From an uncultured Bacteroidales bacterium (GTDB taxonomy: Bacteria > Bacteroidota > Bacteroidia > Bacteroidales > PUMT01), in NCBI GenBank assembly GCA_964520585.1, contig CAZFOO010000009.1, positions 6,196-70,195 on the forward strand: a DNA stretch of 64,000 bases, read 5' to 3'. The notes below the pieces were generated by a model, which saw only the letters and a list, made by a program, of their open reading frames with translations, made no database searches and had not been told where the DNA came from. Both the position numbers and the translations under genes were made by a program. This document shows positions 49,380 to 59,686 of the stretch, piece after piece; position 1 is the first letter of the stretch, and each line of letters starts with the position of its first letter.

Positions 49380-52300
49380 ATGATAAAGTTTTTAGCCGGG
49401 ATGATGATGATGGTGATCTCACAGCCAGTCTCTTCATCATCACCGGGAAATTGGAGAATTGTTAGTTATGGCCTCGAACAAGGCCTTTCTCAAATTTCAA
49501 TTAATACCATTATTCAGGATTCTTACGGTTTTCTGTGGATTGGCACACAGGATGGATTAAATAAATTTGATGGTTATCAATTCACGGTTTACCGGCATCA
49601 GCCATCAGATCCCCATTCATTATCCAATAGTAATATCCAGTCGGTTATAGAAGACAGTGAAGGGAATATATGGGCCGGAACACAAAATGGACTGAATAAA
49701 TATGACAGGAAAAGCAATCAATTTGAGATCTATCTTCATGAACCGGATAATCCGGAATCCATAAGTCATAATAATATTTATTATGTCTATCAGGATAAAA
49801 AAGGCTTAATATGGCTTAAAACCGAAGAAGGACTGGACAGGTTTGATCCTGTTACAGGGGCTTTCCGTCATTTCAGGCATTATAATGATGTTTTTAATTA
49901 TATCTCAGGAACCAATTATTTTTCTATTTATGAGGATGAAGAGGAAGAACTGTGGGTTGGCTCAAAGGATGGTTTGTTCATGTTCGACAGGAAGAAAGAA
50001 GAGTTCATTAGATATCACCATAAACCGGGAGATCCTTCTACCATAAGTAATGACAAGATAAAATCTATATTTGAAACCTCGGAAGACTTTTTTCTTATAG
50101 GTACAGAAAACGGGTTGAATATTTTTGATAAGGAAAAAGGTGTTTTCAATACTTTTTTTGTTTCTGATGTTGAAGGAGCACAATCGCGGTTAAATAATAT
50201 TAATTCAATATCTGAAGATGACCAGGGAACCGTGTGGATAGGAACTGGCGGCGGTTTATTTACCTTTTCACCTGTAGAGGGTGTTTTTTCAGCGGCCTTT
50301 AAGAAGGATACGCAGGAGCCCTTTTCCGATCTTGAGATATCTGCAGTTATTGAAGATCATTCAAAAAATATGTGGATTGGAACATTGGGAGGATTATATA
50401 TGGTTGATGTCAAAAGTAAGTTTTCCCTGTACCGGATCCACGAATTTATGCCAGAAGCTCCCAGGGCTGCACGATTCATCGCATCCATACTCCCCGGAGA
50501 AAATAATGAAATTTGGCTGGGAACCTGGGGTGGCGGACTCTTCAGGCTGAACAGGGATACCGGTGAAATTATACACTATTCAAGCAATTCAGAACAAAGA
50601 TCGCGAAAGATATCCAATGACTTTGTGCATGTGGTGTATAGGGATACAGCCGGACGGATCATATTAGGCACCAGGGATGGTCTGGATATATACAGTGAAA
50701 AAGAGAAGGGATTTATCCCGTTTTGTTTTTCTACCGGCCATGAAGATTGTCTGATTTTTAATTCCAACAGGGTCTATTCCATCTATGAGGATTCCCGGCA
50801 GGTTATTTGGGTTGGTTCCAGATATGGATTACATTCCTTCAGCGGCGACAGCCTGGTAAGTTATTACCATAATCCTGCCGATAGTACCAGCATTTCTTCA
50901 AACCGGGCAGTTGATATTATTGAGGGCCGGGAGGGATATATGTGGATTGCCACTTCTGATGGATTAAGCAGGTTCAATCGTGAGACCGGAACTTTCACAA
51001 ACTACCGTAAGGAACCTGAAATGGGCCGTTTTAGTCTGAGTCACAATGAGCTGACCTGCTTACATGAAGATTCTGCAGGTAATCTATGGATAGGATCGGT
51101 TTCAGGGCTTAACCGGTTTTTCCGGAACACCGGATCTTTCATTGTTTTTTCTGAATTAGAAGGGCTGCCAAATAATTTGATTTATTCAATTCTTGAAGAT
51201 GATAGTGGGCATTTGTGGCTGAGTACGAACCAGGGTCTGGCACGATTTGATCCTGCGAGCCTTGATATTTCGAGTTATGATGTAGCTGACGGGCTTCAAA
51301 GTTATGAATTCAATCTTGGTGCGGAGTATAAGAGTGACAGCGGTGAGTTGTTTTTCGGGGGAGTTGACGGGTTTAATGCATTCTTTCCTGATTCCATCTT
51401 ATCTAATGCAATTATTCCTCCTTTAGTTGTTACATCTTTCAAGGTCTTCTCACCTGAAGGTACCAGAAATATTACTGTTCTGAATAAGGATGAGATTATA
51501 CTCGGACATGTCGAGAACTCAATAAGTATTGAATTCTCCGCTCTCGATTTTACACGGCCCTCAAAGAACGAATATGCCTATAAGCTTGAGGGATTGGATG
51601 ATGCGTGGGTTAATAGTGGTGCCAGGCGCATTGCGAGCTATTCCAGGATCCCACCCGGCAGATATATATTCCGGGTCAGGGGCTCGAATAGCGACGGAGT
51701 ATGGAATGATCGGGGTTTGGAATTACCCGTCGTTATCAGGGCCCCGTGGTGGCAATCTGTTTATGTTTATTTTTTGTATGCGATAATTATTGTGCTTCTT
51801 ATCTATCTAATCATTTTATATAGCACCAGGCAATTACGCAGGGCTAACCTTGGGTTAAGAGAAAAGGAGATGGCGACGGCTGAAATAACCCGCCAGAAGG
51901 AAGAACTTTCACTGAAAAACAGGAATATTACCGATAGTATAAATTATGCGAAACGGATTCAATTAGCTATGATGCCTAAAACCAGGCATTTCAGGCAACT
52001 GTTTCCCGAGTCTTTTGTGTATTATAAGCCTAAAGATATAGTAAGTGGTGATTTCTATTGGGTAAACAAGATAAATGACAAAATATTTTTTGCTGTTATT
52101 GATTGTACCGGACACGGAGTCCCCGGGGCATTTATGTCAATAATCGGGTATGAGCTGCTCAGGAACATTATCAATGTTAAGGGGATTGAAAAACCTTCGG
52201 CTATACTTGACATGCTAAATGATGATTTTTCTGCCATTTTTGATCCCGGCGACGACAAGGAATATTCATTCCGCGATGGTATGGATATAGGATTTTGTGT

Positions 52301-52697
52301 TATTGACCAGAAAAAAGCCAGACTTGAATTTGCCGGAGCATTTTCCCCCCTTTACCTGGTAAGAGATAACAGGATCATAGAAATAAAAGGCAATCGCTTT
52401 TCTGTAGGATTGATGGAAGATCTTATTGATGACAAATTTGAGAATCATACCTTGACTCTTCACAGTAATGATATGGTCTATCTCTTCTCCGATGGCTATC
52501 CCGATCAGTTCGGAGGCGAAGAAGGCAAGAAGTTTAAATACCGGCGATTCAGGCATCTTTTGCTCAACATTCATAAACTTCCTGCTCCGGAGCAGGAAAA
52601 GGCCCTAGACCATAGTATAATGCAATGGATGGGTGAACATGAACAGGTTGATGATATTCTTATAATCGGGGTTAAGCCCTGCCTGGGCAAAGAATAG
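49380..52697 (+). CDS. periplasmic beta-propeller (Reg_prop repeats) + Y_Y_Y sensor fused to a cytoplasmic SpoIIE/PP2C phosphatase
   Basis: Many repeats are of the type D..G.LWIGT..GLN.FD. The Y_Y_Y region is YAYKLEGLDDAWV...GRYIFRVRGSNSDGVW. There is one TM helix (VYVYFLYAIIIVLLIYLIILY). PP2C motifs are VSGDFYWV, IDCTGHGVPGAFMS, FSDGYPDQFG and DDILIIGVK. The ATG at 49380 is preferred over the GTG at 49287. Confidence 0.8.
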   Translation: MIKFLAGMMMMVISQPVSSSSPGNWRIVSYGLEQGLSQISINTIIQDSYGFLWIGTQDGLNKFDGYQFTVYRHQPSDPHSLSNSNIQSVIEDSEGNIWAGTQNGLNKYDRKSNQFEIYLHEPDNPESISHNNIYYVYQDKKGLIWLKTEEGLDRFDPVTGAFRHFRHYNDVFNYISGTNYFSIYEDEEEELWVGSKDGLFMFDRKKEEFIRYHHKPGDPSTISNDKIKSIFETSEDFFLIGTENGLNIFDKEKGVFNTFFVSDVEGAQSRLNNINSISEDDQGTVWIGTGGGLFTFSPVEGVFSAAFKKDTQEPFSDLEISAVIEDHSKNMWIGTLGGLYMVDVKSKFSLYRIHEFMPEAPRAARFIASILPGENNEIWLGTWGGGLFRLNRDTGEIIHYSSNSEQRSRKISNDFVHVVYRDTAGRIILGTRDGLDIYSEKEKGFIPFCFSTGHEDCLIFNSNRVYSIYEDSRQVIWVGSRYGLHSFSGDSLVSYYHNPADSTSISSNRAVDIIEGREGYMWIATSDGLSRFNRETGTFTNYRKEPEMGRFSLSHNELTCLHEDSAGNLWIGSVSGLNRFFRNTGSFIVFSELEGLPNNLIYSILEDDSGHLWLSTNQGLARFDPASLDISSYDVADGLQSYEFNLGAEYKSDSGELFFGGVDGFNAFFPDSILSNAIIPPLVVTSFKVFSPEGTRNITVLNKDEIILGHVENSISIEFSALDFTRPSKNEYAYKLEGLDDAWVNSGARRIASYSRIPPGRYIFRVRGSNSDGVWNDRGLELPVVIRAPWWQSVYVYFLYAIIIVLLIYLIILYSTRQLRRANLGLREKEMATAEITRQKEELSLKNRNITDSINYAKRIQLAMMPKTRHFRQLFPESFVYYKPKDIVSGDFYWVNKINDKIFFAVIDCTGHGVPGAFMSIIGYELLRNIINVKGIEKPSAILDMLNDDFSAIFDPGDDKEYSFRDGMDIGFCVIDQKKARLEFAGAFSPLYLVRDNRIIEIKGNRFSVGLMEDLIDDKFENHTLTLHSNDMVYLFSDGYPDQFGGEEGKKFKYRRFRHLLLNIHKLPAPEQEKALDHSIMQWMGEHEQVDDILIIGVKPCLGKE

Positions 52698-52746
52698 TTA
52701 TTCTATTAAGAATTCCCTGTAATTATTACCTGTTCCAATGGTTGTT

Positions 52747-54501
52747 TTATTCAGGGTAAATAAGCTGTTGTATTTTGTCAACCAGTATTTCTACCTGGAA
52801 AGGCTTGCTTATATAATCATCCATACCTGCATCCAGACATTTTTTCCTGTCACCATGCAGAGCATTAGCAGTGATTGCAATTATTGGGGTATGGGAATTT
52901 GTCGTGGATTCAATTTCCCGTATTTTTTTTGTGGCGATAAAGCCATCAATCACCGGCATCTGAACATCCATAAGTATTATGTCATATTTTGATGTGCCGA
53001 ATTTATCCAGGGCTTCCTTTCCATTATTTGCCACATCAATATTTTTTATGTAGTTCTTCAGACTAAGGACAACGATTTTTTGATTTATTGTGTTGTCTTC
53101 AACAAGAAGGACATTCAGGCTTTTTAGATCATGTTGGGATCCGGGAGTAGTTTTTAATTCTCCTGTTGATGAAGCCGGCAATTCATCAGGAGAATTAATG
53201 TATTCCAGTAATTTGAAGGGAAGGGTGAACAGGAATACCCGGTTTTTTTCCTGGGTTCTCAAAACATGCAGTTTCCCTCCCAGGTGCATGATAAGCTTGC
53301 TTGCGATATTAAGATCCAGGTTGTTGATGTTGCTATCGTCACTTACGGTATTAATTAAGGCTTCATGGTTCTTTGATTCTTTGTCCCAGGGGAGGAGTCT
53401 TACAGGTTTATTTGTTTTTATCTCAAATCTCACCTCTGAGATACCGGTCAACTTGCCCTGGATGCTTGCCTCAATGCTTATATTGATCTTACCCGGCCTC
53501 TTGTTCTTTAATATCGTTTCTATCAGATTAAGGAATATCTGTTTCAGTCGTACCGAATCACCTTCGAGTTGTTTATTTTTTAAGGTTTCATCAAGTGTAA
53601 GCGTAAATTCCACTACCGGTTCTTTTTGTACCGTGAACAACCGTAAGGTGCTGTTTATGGCAGAGGGCAGATTGAAGCCGGTATTACGAAGTGTTTTTTT
53701 ACTTTCAATATCCACTTCAGCAATTTCAGCAATATTTTCGATAGTGCTCACCAGATTGTTTGCCGAGGCAATTATGGTTTCCATCATATCCCTTTGTTCC
53801 TCGGTAAGATTAACCTTATTAACCATATGTCCGACCAGCATAATGTTGCTGAGGGGAGTCCGTATCTGGTGGGAAAGTTTTGAAATAAAGGATTCTTTCA
53901 GTTTGGTTTCATTCCTGGCCTCAAGAAGTTCCAGATTAATGGCCCGCAGGTGGCTTACCCTGTAATGTTCAACTATGAAGGCAATTAAATAGAGTGACAG
54001 GTACAGGCCGGATAGCCGTGTTATAAAAATAGTGCCCGGTGGTTCGATGTTGGAATAACTTTCGGGCAGCAGAAAAAAAATAACCGTTACCAAAAGGAAC
54101 AAGAATGTAATTATGGCACCATTCCGGTTGCCAAGAATAAATACCGCCAGTACCGGGATAAGAGGGAACCATATCAGCACAGATTCTCCTGTGTCTGAAA
54201 CTGCAAATAAAAAGAGAAGGAAAAAAATAACTATGGAAAGATTGAACATGGCACCAACCGAATACTGCATATTTTTTTTTACCTGTCGAATGCTGCCAAA
54301 TAGCAGAAGAGATGCGATTAGGGAGATAAACCCATGAAGGAGTTCTCCCCTGAAAAGGGCAAGGGCTCCATAGATCAGAAAAAGACAGCAGCCGGCAAAA
54401 CTGAGTAGGTTAATAAATAAAATTTTGCTGATTATACTTTCATCGCATCTTCCATGCAAGCCAAAGCTTAAGTACCTGGTTAATTTGTCGAAAAGCTTCA
54501 T
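52747..54501 (-). CDS. hybrid sensor histidine kinase / response regulator with degenerate ATP-binding domain
   Basis: 584 aa with about 6 N-terminal TM helices. The H-box is FISKLSHQIRTPLSNI. The HATPase-like region lacks the N, G1 and G2 boxes. The C-terminal REC domain has VLLVEDN...DIILMDVQMPVIDG...ITANA. Confidence 0.8.
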   Translation of the reverse strand: MKLFDKLTRYLSFGLHGRCDESIISKILFINLLSFAGCCLFLIYGALALFRGELLHGFISLIASLLLFGSIRQVKKNMQYSVGAMFNLSIVIFFLLFLFAVSDTGESVLIWFPLIPVLAVFILGNRNGAIITFLFLLVTVIFFLLPESYSNIEPPGTIFITRLSGLYLSLYLIAFIVEHYRVSHLRAINLELLEARNETKLKESFISKLSHQIRTPLSNIMLVGHMVNKVNLTEEQRDMMETIIASANNLVSTIENIAEIAEVDIESKKTLRNTGFNLPSAINSTLRLFTVQKEPVVEFTLTLDETLKNKQLEGDSVRLKQIFLNLIETILKNKRPGKINISIEASIQGKLTGISEVRFEIKTNKPVRLLPWDKESKNHEALINTVSDDSNINNLDLNIASKLIMHLGGKLHVLRTQEKNRVFLFTLPFKLLEYINSPDELPASSTGELKTTPGSQHDLKSLNVLLVEDNTINQKIVVLSLKNYIKNIDVANNGKEALDKFGTSKYDIILMDVQMPVIDGFIATKKIREIESTTNSHTPIIAITANALHGDRKKCLDAGMDDYISKPFQVEILVDKIQQLIYPE

Positions 54502-54822
54502 CTATGGCATTTTACGGTGACCTGTCCGGTATCCGGACTACCAATCTCCTTTTTACAATTATTCAAAAATAGTAAAATCTACCATATCATTTGTTATGAT
54601 AAGTGAAAATTGCATAAATAGATCATGTATTGCAGGGTTATTTAATGTATTTTAAAGTTTTAAGTAATGTTATTAAGTAATTTGAGTGAATTAACTTGAT
54701 CCTGCGGTTAAAGTTCCTGTTTTTTGCTGTTATTATTTATCTTTATCCTAAATTATTTACTCCGCCAGTCCCGGCTGTATCTTTCAAATAGTGTGTGTTA
54801 AACCAGGTAAACTACAGAGAAT

Positions 54823-56496
54823 ATGAGTGATGATAACAAGGTAATTTTTTCAATGGTTGGTGTGAGCAAAACCTTCCCGCCACATAACCGGGTGCTCAAC
54901 AATATTTATCTCTCTTTTTTTTATGGTGCAAAAATCGGGATTATCGGTCTCAATGGTTCTGGTAAATCGACACTGCTCAAAATTATTGCCGGAAAAGATA
55001 AAGCGTTCGACGGCGAAGTCGTGTTTTCTCCCGGGTATAGTGTGGGACTTCTCGAACAGGAACCACGTCTTGATCAAACCAAAACGGTAAAAGAGAATGT
55101 AATGGAAGGAGTTGGTGAACTGTCCGCTCTTCTGAAAGAATATGAAGCACTGAATAACCGGTTTGCCGAACCGGTGGATGAAGAAGAGATGACCCGCATG
55201 ATTGAAAAACAGGGTGAGCTGACGGAGAAAATAGATAATCTTGACGGATGGGACCTCGACAGCAAGCTTGAACGTGCAATGGATGCACTGAGATGTCCCG
55301 AAGGTGACAGTCCCGTAACACACCTCTCGGGAGGAGAGGCACGCAGGGTGGCGCTTTGCCGTCTTTTACTTCAGGAACCCGACATTCTGCTTCTGGATGA
55401 ACCAACCAACCATCTTGATGCCAGGTCGGTGGACTGGCTGGAACAGTATCTCAGGCAGTACAAGGGTACCGTTATTGCCATCACACATGACAGGTATTTT
55501 CTTGACAACGTAGCAGGCTGGATACTTGAACTGGACCGGGGTGAAGGTATACCATGGAAGGGTAATTATTCATCATGGCTTGAGCAAAAATCCAAACGGC
55601 TTGAGAACGAAGAAAAATCGGCCGGAAAAAGAAGGAAAACCCTTGAGAGGGAACTTGAATGGGTAAGGATGGCCCCCAGGGCGCGCCATGCTAAATCAAA
55701 AGCCCGGCTTTCTGCATACGACAAGCTTTTAAACGAAGATATAAAACAGAAAGAGGAAAAGCTGGAGATATTCATTCCCAGCGGTCCCAGATTAGGAGAA
55801 AAAGTAATTGAAGCCAACAATGTTGCAAAAGCCTATGGCGACAGGTTGCTTTTCGAAGAACTCAACTTTATGCTTCCTCCGGCGGGAATTGTTGGTGTCA
55901 TTGGGCCTAACGGGGCCGGGAAAACTACCCTTTTCAGGATGATAACCGGTTCCGAGAAGCCCGACCGGGGCAGTTTTACTGTTGGCGATACTGCGAAGGT
56001 AGCCTATGTCGATCAGGCACATGCTGCAATCGATCCTGAAAAGACCGTATTTCAGGTTATAGCCGATAACAGTGAGCATGTTCAGCTGGGCGGGCATTCC
56101 ATGAATGCCCGGGCTTATGTGGCAAGGTTCAATTTTACAGGAGCGGACCAGGAAAAGAAGTGCGCCGTTCTGTCCGGAGGAGAACGTAACAGGCTGCATC
56201 TTGCGCTTACCCTTAAGGAAAATGCCAATGTGCTGCTGCTTGATGAGCCTACTAATGACATTGATATTAACACCCTCCGGGCACTGGAAGAGGGTCTGGA
56301 AAATTTTGCAGGCTGTGCGGTAATAATATCACATGATCGCTGGTTCCTTGACAGGGTTGCTACGCATATCCTTTCCTTTGAAGGTGATTCACAGGTGTAC
56401 TGGTTTGAAGGCAGTTACTCGGAATATGAGGAGAACAGGAGGAAGAGGCTTGGCGATGAAGGTCCGAGAAGAATTAAGTATAAAAAACTTAGTTGA
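54823..56496 (+). CDS. ettA: ABC-F translational throttle protein EttA
   Basis: 557 aa with two cassettes (GLNGSGKST / LSGGEARRVALCRLL; GPNGAGKTT / LSGGERNRLHLA). The N-terminus and length are EttA-like. Confidence 0.88.
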   Translation: MSDDNKVIFSMVGVSKTFPPHNRVLNNIYLSFFYGAKIGIIGLNGSGKSTLLKIIAGKDKAFDGEVVFSPGYSVGLLEQEPRLDQTKTVKENVMEGVGELSALLKEYEALNNRFAEPVDEEEMTRMIEKQGELTEKIDNLDGWDLDSKLERAMDALRCPEGDSPVTHLSGGEARRVALCRLLLQEPDILLLDEPTNHLDARSVDWLEQYLRQYKGTVIAITHDRYFLDNVAGWILELDRGEGIPWKGNYSSWLEQKSKRLENEEKSAGKRRKTLERELEWVRMAPRARHAKSKARLSAYDKLLNEDIKQKEEKLEIFIPSGPRLGEKVIEANNVAKAYGDRLLFEELNFMLPPAGIVGVIGPNGAGKTTLFRMITGSEKPDRGSFTVGDTAKVAYVDQAHAAIDPEKTVFQVIADNSEHVQLGGHSMNARAYVARFNFTGADQEKKCAVLSGGERNRLHLALTLKENANVLLLDEPTNDIDINTLRALEEGLENFAGCAVIISHDRWFLDRVATHILSFEGDSQVYWFEGSYSEYEENRRKRLGDEGPRRIKYKKLS

Positions 56497-56605
56497 GGCA
56501 TGCAGGTCTGTTATGATTGAACATATCCTGGATTTTGTAAGATATTTATGATGGTTAAAAAAAATATTCTCAAACTAACTGATAAATAAACAAAATCTTA
56601 AAATC

Positions 56606-56962
56606 ATGGAGCGGATATATGAAGATTCTCAGAATGAACGTATATGGGCAATGTTTTGCCATCTTAGTGCCTTTGCAGGATTTATAATCCCTTTTGGCAG
56701 TATCATCGGTCCAATTATTGTCTGGTCTATAAAAAGAGATCAGTACCCTCTTGTGGATGATCAGGGTAAGGAGGCAATAAATTTCCAGATATCGATGCTC
56801 ATATATTTTATTATATCGGCAGTTCTTATTTTACTATTGGTCGGAATACCGCTGCTGATAGCAATTTTCTTTTTCAGGATTATCATTACCGTGGTTGCTG
56901 CCGTAAAGGCTAATGAAGGTGTTCGTTACCGGTATCCTGTGAGCATACGTTTTATTAATTAA
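56606..56962 (+). CDS. DUF4870-like small membrane protein
   Basis: 118 aa with ERIWAMFCHLSAFAGFIIPFGSIIGPIIVW..YPLVDDQGKEAINFQIS. Confidence 0.6.
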   Translation: MERIYEDSQNERIWAMFCHLSAFAGFIIPFGSIIGPIIVWSIKRDQYPLVDDQGKEAINFQISMLIYFIISAVLILLLVGIPLLIAIFFFRIIITVVAAVKANEGVRYRYPVSIRFIN

Positions 56963-56965
56963 TGC

Positions 56966-56973
56966 TATCTTTG
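56966..56973 (+). promoter_or_regulatory. candidate -7 promoter box TAtcTTTG for hisS
   Basis: Exact TAnnTTTG match 28 nt upstream of the hisS ATG. Confidence 0.45.
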
Positions 56974-57000
56974 CCGGCACTGAAATGAAATTTCACTTGT

Positions 57001-58365
57001 ATGGCTCAGAAACCTTCGGTACCTAAAGGCACACGCGATTTCCTGCCCGTTGAGATGGCGGGCAGGAACCATATTTTCGATACAATTAAGGCCGTTTTCG
57101 ATCTTTACGGCTATGTACCCATTGAAACACCCGCGATGGAGAACCTGTCCTCCCTTCTTGGGAAGTATGGTGAAGAGGGGGATAAACTTCTTTTCAGGAT
57201 CCTGAATTCAGGAGATTTCCTCGGGAAGGTCCCCGCCAATGAGTTAACCACTGGTGACAGTGGGCGGTTGGCGGGTATGATTTGTGACCGGGGATTAAGA
57301 TATGATCTTACGGTGCCATTTGCCAGGTTTGTGGTACAGCATCGCAATGAACTGACATTTCCCTTTAAGCGTTACCAGATACAACCTGTCTGGAGAGCCG
57401 ACCGGCCCCAGAAAGGAAGGTACCGGGAATTTTTCCAGTGCGATGTTGATGTGATCGGCAGTGATTCACTGTTGAATGAAGTTGAACTCACCCGGATTAT
57501 TGATGATGTTTTCGGCAGGCTCGGGGTTAAGGTGGTAATAAAGCTCAATAACAGGAAGATACTTACCGGTCTCGCCGGAATAATTGGGGAGCCGGAGAAA
57601 CTGACCGATATGACCGTTGCTATTGATAAGCTTGATAAGATCGGTATAGGGGGCGTATGCCGGGAAATGGAGGAGAAGGGTATATCCGCAGGAGCAATTG
57701 AAAAATTAAAGCCGGTAATATTGATGCAGGGCAGCAATATTGAAAAGCTGGACACACTAACCGCACTTTTCGGTGAAAGTGAAGCAGGCATGAATGGTAC
57801 GAAGGAGATGGGTTTGGTTTTAGATATGCTTTCCGGACTTGATGCAGTAAATGAAATTGAATTTGATGTTGCCCTGGCACGGGGACTCAATTATTATACC
57901 GGAACCATATTTGAAGTTAAATCCTCCGATGTTGAAATAGGAAGTATATGTGGTGGCGGTCGTTATGATGATCTTGCAGGGGTTTTTGGGATGCCCGGAC
58001 TATCTGGTGTCGGAGTTTCCTTTGGCGCAGATCGCATCTATGATGTAATGAAGCAGACCGGTGCCTTCCCCTCATCGGTTGCCTCCATCACCAGGCTTAT
58101 GTTTGTAAATTTCGGTGAGCATGAAGCTGCGGTAAGCATCAAATTGCTTGATGATCTCCGCAGGTCGGGTATCAGCGCTGAGCTGTATCCCGACTGCGTT
58201 AAAATGAAAAAGCAGATGCAATATGCTAACAGCCGGAATATTCCTTATGTTGCCCTTATCGGTGCAGAAGAGGCCAGGCAGGGTATGGTGACCATAAAGA
58301 ATATGGAATCAGGGACTCAGGATACCATCAGTCAGCATGATCTTGCCGGATATTTCACCGATTGA
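57001..58365 (+). CDS. hisS: histidine--tRNA ligase
   Basis: 454 aa with [23 protein letters not shown] and GGGRYDDL. Confidence 0.95.
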   Translation: MAQKPSVPKGTRDFLPVEMAGRNHIFDTIKAVFDLYGYVPIETPAMENLSSLLGKYGEEGDKLLFRILNSGDFLGKVPANELTTGDSGRLAGMICDRGLRYDLTVPFARFVVQHRNELTFPFKRYQIQPVWRADRPQKGRYREFFQCDVDVIGSDSLLNEVELTRIIDDVFGRLGVKVVIKLNNRKILTGLAGIIGEPEKLTDMTVAIDKLDKIGIGGVCREMEEKGISAGAIEKLKPVILMQGSNIEKLDTLTALFGESEAGMNGTKEMGLVLDMLSGLDAVNEIEFDVALARGLNYYTGTIFEVKSSDVEIGSICGGGRYDDLAGVFGMPGLSGVGVSFGADRIYDVMKQTGAFPSSVASITRLMFVNFGEHEAAVSIKLLDDLRRSGISAELYPDCVKMKKQMQYANSRNIPYVALIGAEEARQGMVTIKNMESGTQDTISQHDLAGYFTD

Positions 58366-58552
58366 GGCTTTATCTCATTATCCCGCGTGGATCCCCGATC
58401 AGTAAAAAAATTGCGTCGCAGTCACATCTGTTACTTCACTGACTTTCTGACTGTATGCGCCATCACTTTGCAGGGCAATTAAATGTCGTGTATCACCATA
58501 TCATTTAACAAAGTGCCGGAACTGAGATTCAAAAGAAACATGGTTATTGCTT

Positions 58553-59662
58553 TTAGCTCAAATATTTTTTCAAAACCCTGTATAAATCTTCTTTGGCAAT
58601 GGGTTTGGTAAGATGCTCGTTGAAACCTGTTTCCAGGCTTTTTTTTACCTGCTCGGGCATGGCAAAGGCGGTCTGCGCTATAACCGGTATGTCAGCGTCT
58701 TTAGCACGTATTTCCTTTATCAGCTCGTAGCCGTCTTTTTTGGGCATCCGTATGTCCAGTAAAATCATATCCACCTGTTCATTAGCAAAGAGTTCCATAA
58801 CTTTTTCACCATCCCTGGCAATCAGCATGGTGGCTTTGGTATCCTTGAGCATATATTTCAACATCTGCAGACTGTAAGGATCATCCTCTGCAACAATTAT
58901 TCTTTTACCCTCAAGCGCCGGGGTATCAATTCCTTCTTCCTGAGGCTGACCGTCCTGTTTTTCCGGCGTTTCCCCTTTTTTGAAAGGTATAGTGAAATAA
59001 AATACCGACCCCTTGCCCTTTTCCGAATCCACCCACATTTTTCCTCCAAGCAGCTCAGCTAATCCCCGGGCTATAGCCAGTCCCAGTCCGGTTCCTCTTA
59101 TAACCGATTCCGGCTGACCCCGGCTGTCATCTTCCTGCTGGAACCGCTCGAATATTTTTTTGTGATATTCTCTGGATATCCCTTTTCCTGTATCTTCTAT
59201 ATAGAATAACAGGGTTTTGTTATCGCGGACCTTAAATCCAAATTCAATATGTCCCCTGGTGGTAAACTTGAATGCATTGCTTAATAGGTTGTAAAGGATC
59301 TGCCGCAACCTTTGTTCATCGGTGATAACATACAGTTCATCTCTCTCTTCAGGAAGCTTAAGACGGAATTCTATATTTTGTTTATTGCCTTCCGCTGCGT
59401 ATCCCCGGAACTGATGCTTTGTTTTCTTCATCAGTTCACAGATATTTACATTGGAATTATGAGTCGGCAGTTCGCCGGCATCCAGCCGCGATACATCCAC
59501 AATATCATTAATCAGGTCCAGAAGTTGCTTTGAAGAATTATAAATATTTTCAACAAACCTTGCCGGCCTCTTTTCACTTATCTCTTCCCTTAGCATATCG
59601 GTAAAACCAAGTATTGAATTCAATGGGGTACGGATCTCGTGTGACATGTTTGCAAGGAACAT
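58553..59662 (-). CDS. HisKA-HATPase_c-REC module (3' part of a kinase split by an in-frame TAG)
   Basis: The ORF starts only 7 residues before the phospho-His (MFLANMSHEIRTPLN). The N box (NLLSNAFKFT), G1 (DTGKGI) and G2 (GTGLGLAI) are intact. The REC domain has IIVAEDD...DMILLDIRMPKKDG. Confidence 0.85.
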   Translation of the reverse strand: MFLANMSHEIRTPLNSILGFTDMLREEISEKRPARFVENIYNSSKQLLDLINDIVDVSRLDAGELPTHNSNVNICELMKKTKHQFRGYAAEGNKQNIEFRLKLPEERDELYVITDEQRLRQILYNLLSNAFKFTTRGHIEFGFKVRDNKTLLFYIEDTGKGISREYHKKIFERFQQEDDSRGQPESVIRGTGLGLAIARGLAELLGGKMWVDSEKGKGSVFYFTIPFKKGETPEKQDGQPQEEGIDTPALEGKRIIVAEDDPYSLQMLKYMLKDTKATMLIARDGEKVMELFANEQVDMILLDIRMPKKDGYELIKEIRAKDADIPVIAQTAFAMPEQVKKSLETGFNEHLTKPIAKEDLYRVLKKYLS

Positions 59663-59683
59663 GGTTTTGAGAACTGATGCCTT

Positions 59684-59686
59684 CTA
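59684..59686 (-). other. in-frame TAG stop separating the two sensor ORFs
   Basis: The minus-strand reading is ...GCA AAA GAA GCA ACC TAG AAG GCA TCA GTT CTC AAA ACC ATG TTC CTT GCA AAC ATG..., giving AKEAT*KASVLKTMFLANM, all in one frame. Confidence 0.9.

Noticed and set aside
59684-59686. Whether the in-frame TAG reflects genome-wide TAG reassignment or pyrrolysine-type decoding.
   Set aside because: TAG terminates rplD (32756-32758), rpsC (35420-35422) and rpsN at their expected conserved C-termini, so TAG is a normal stop in this genome. No pyl genes are visible in the window.
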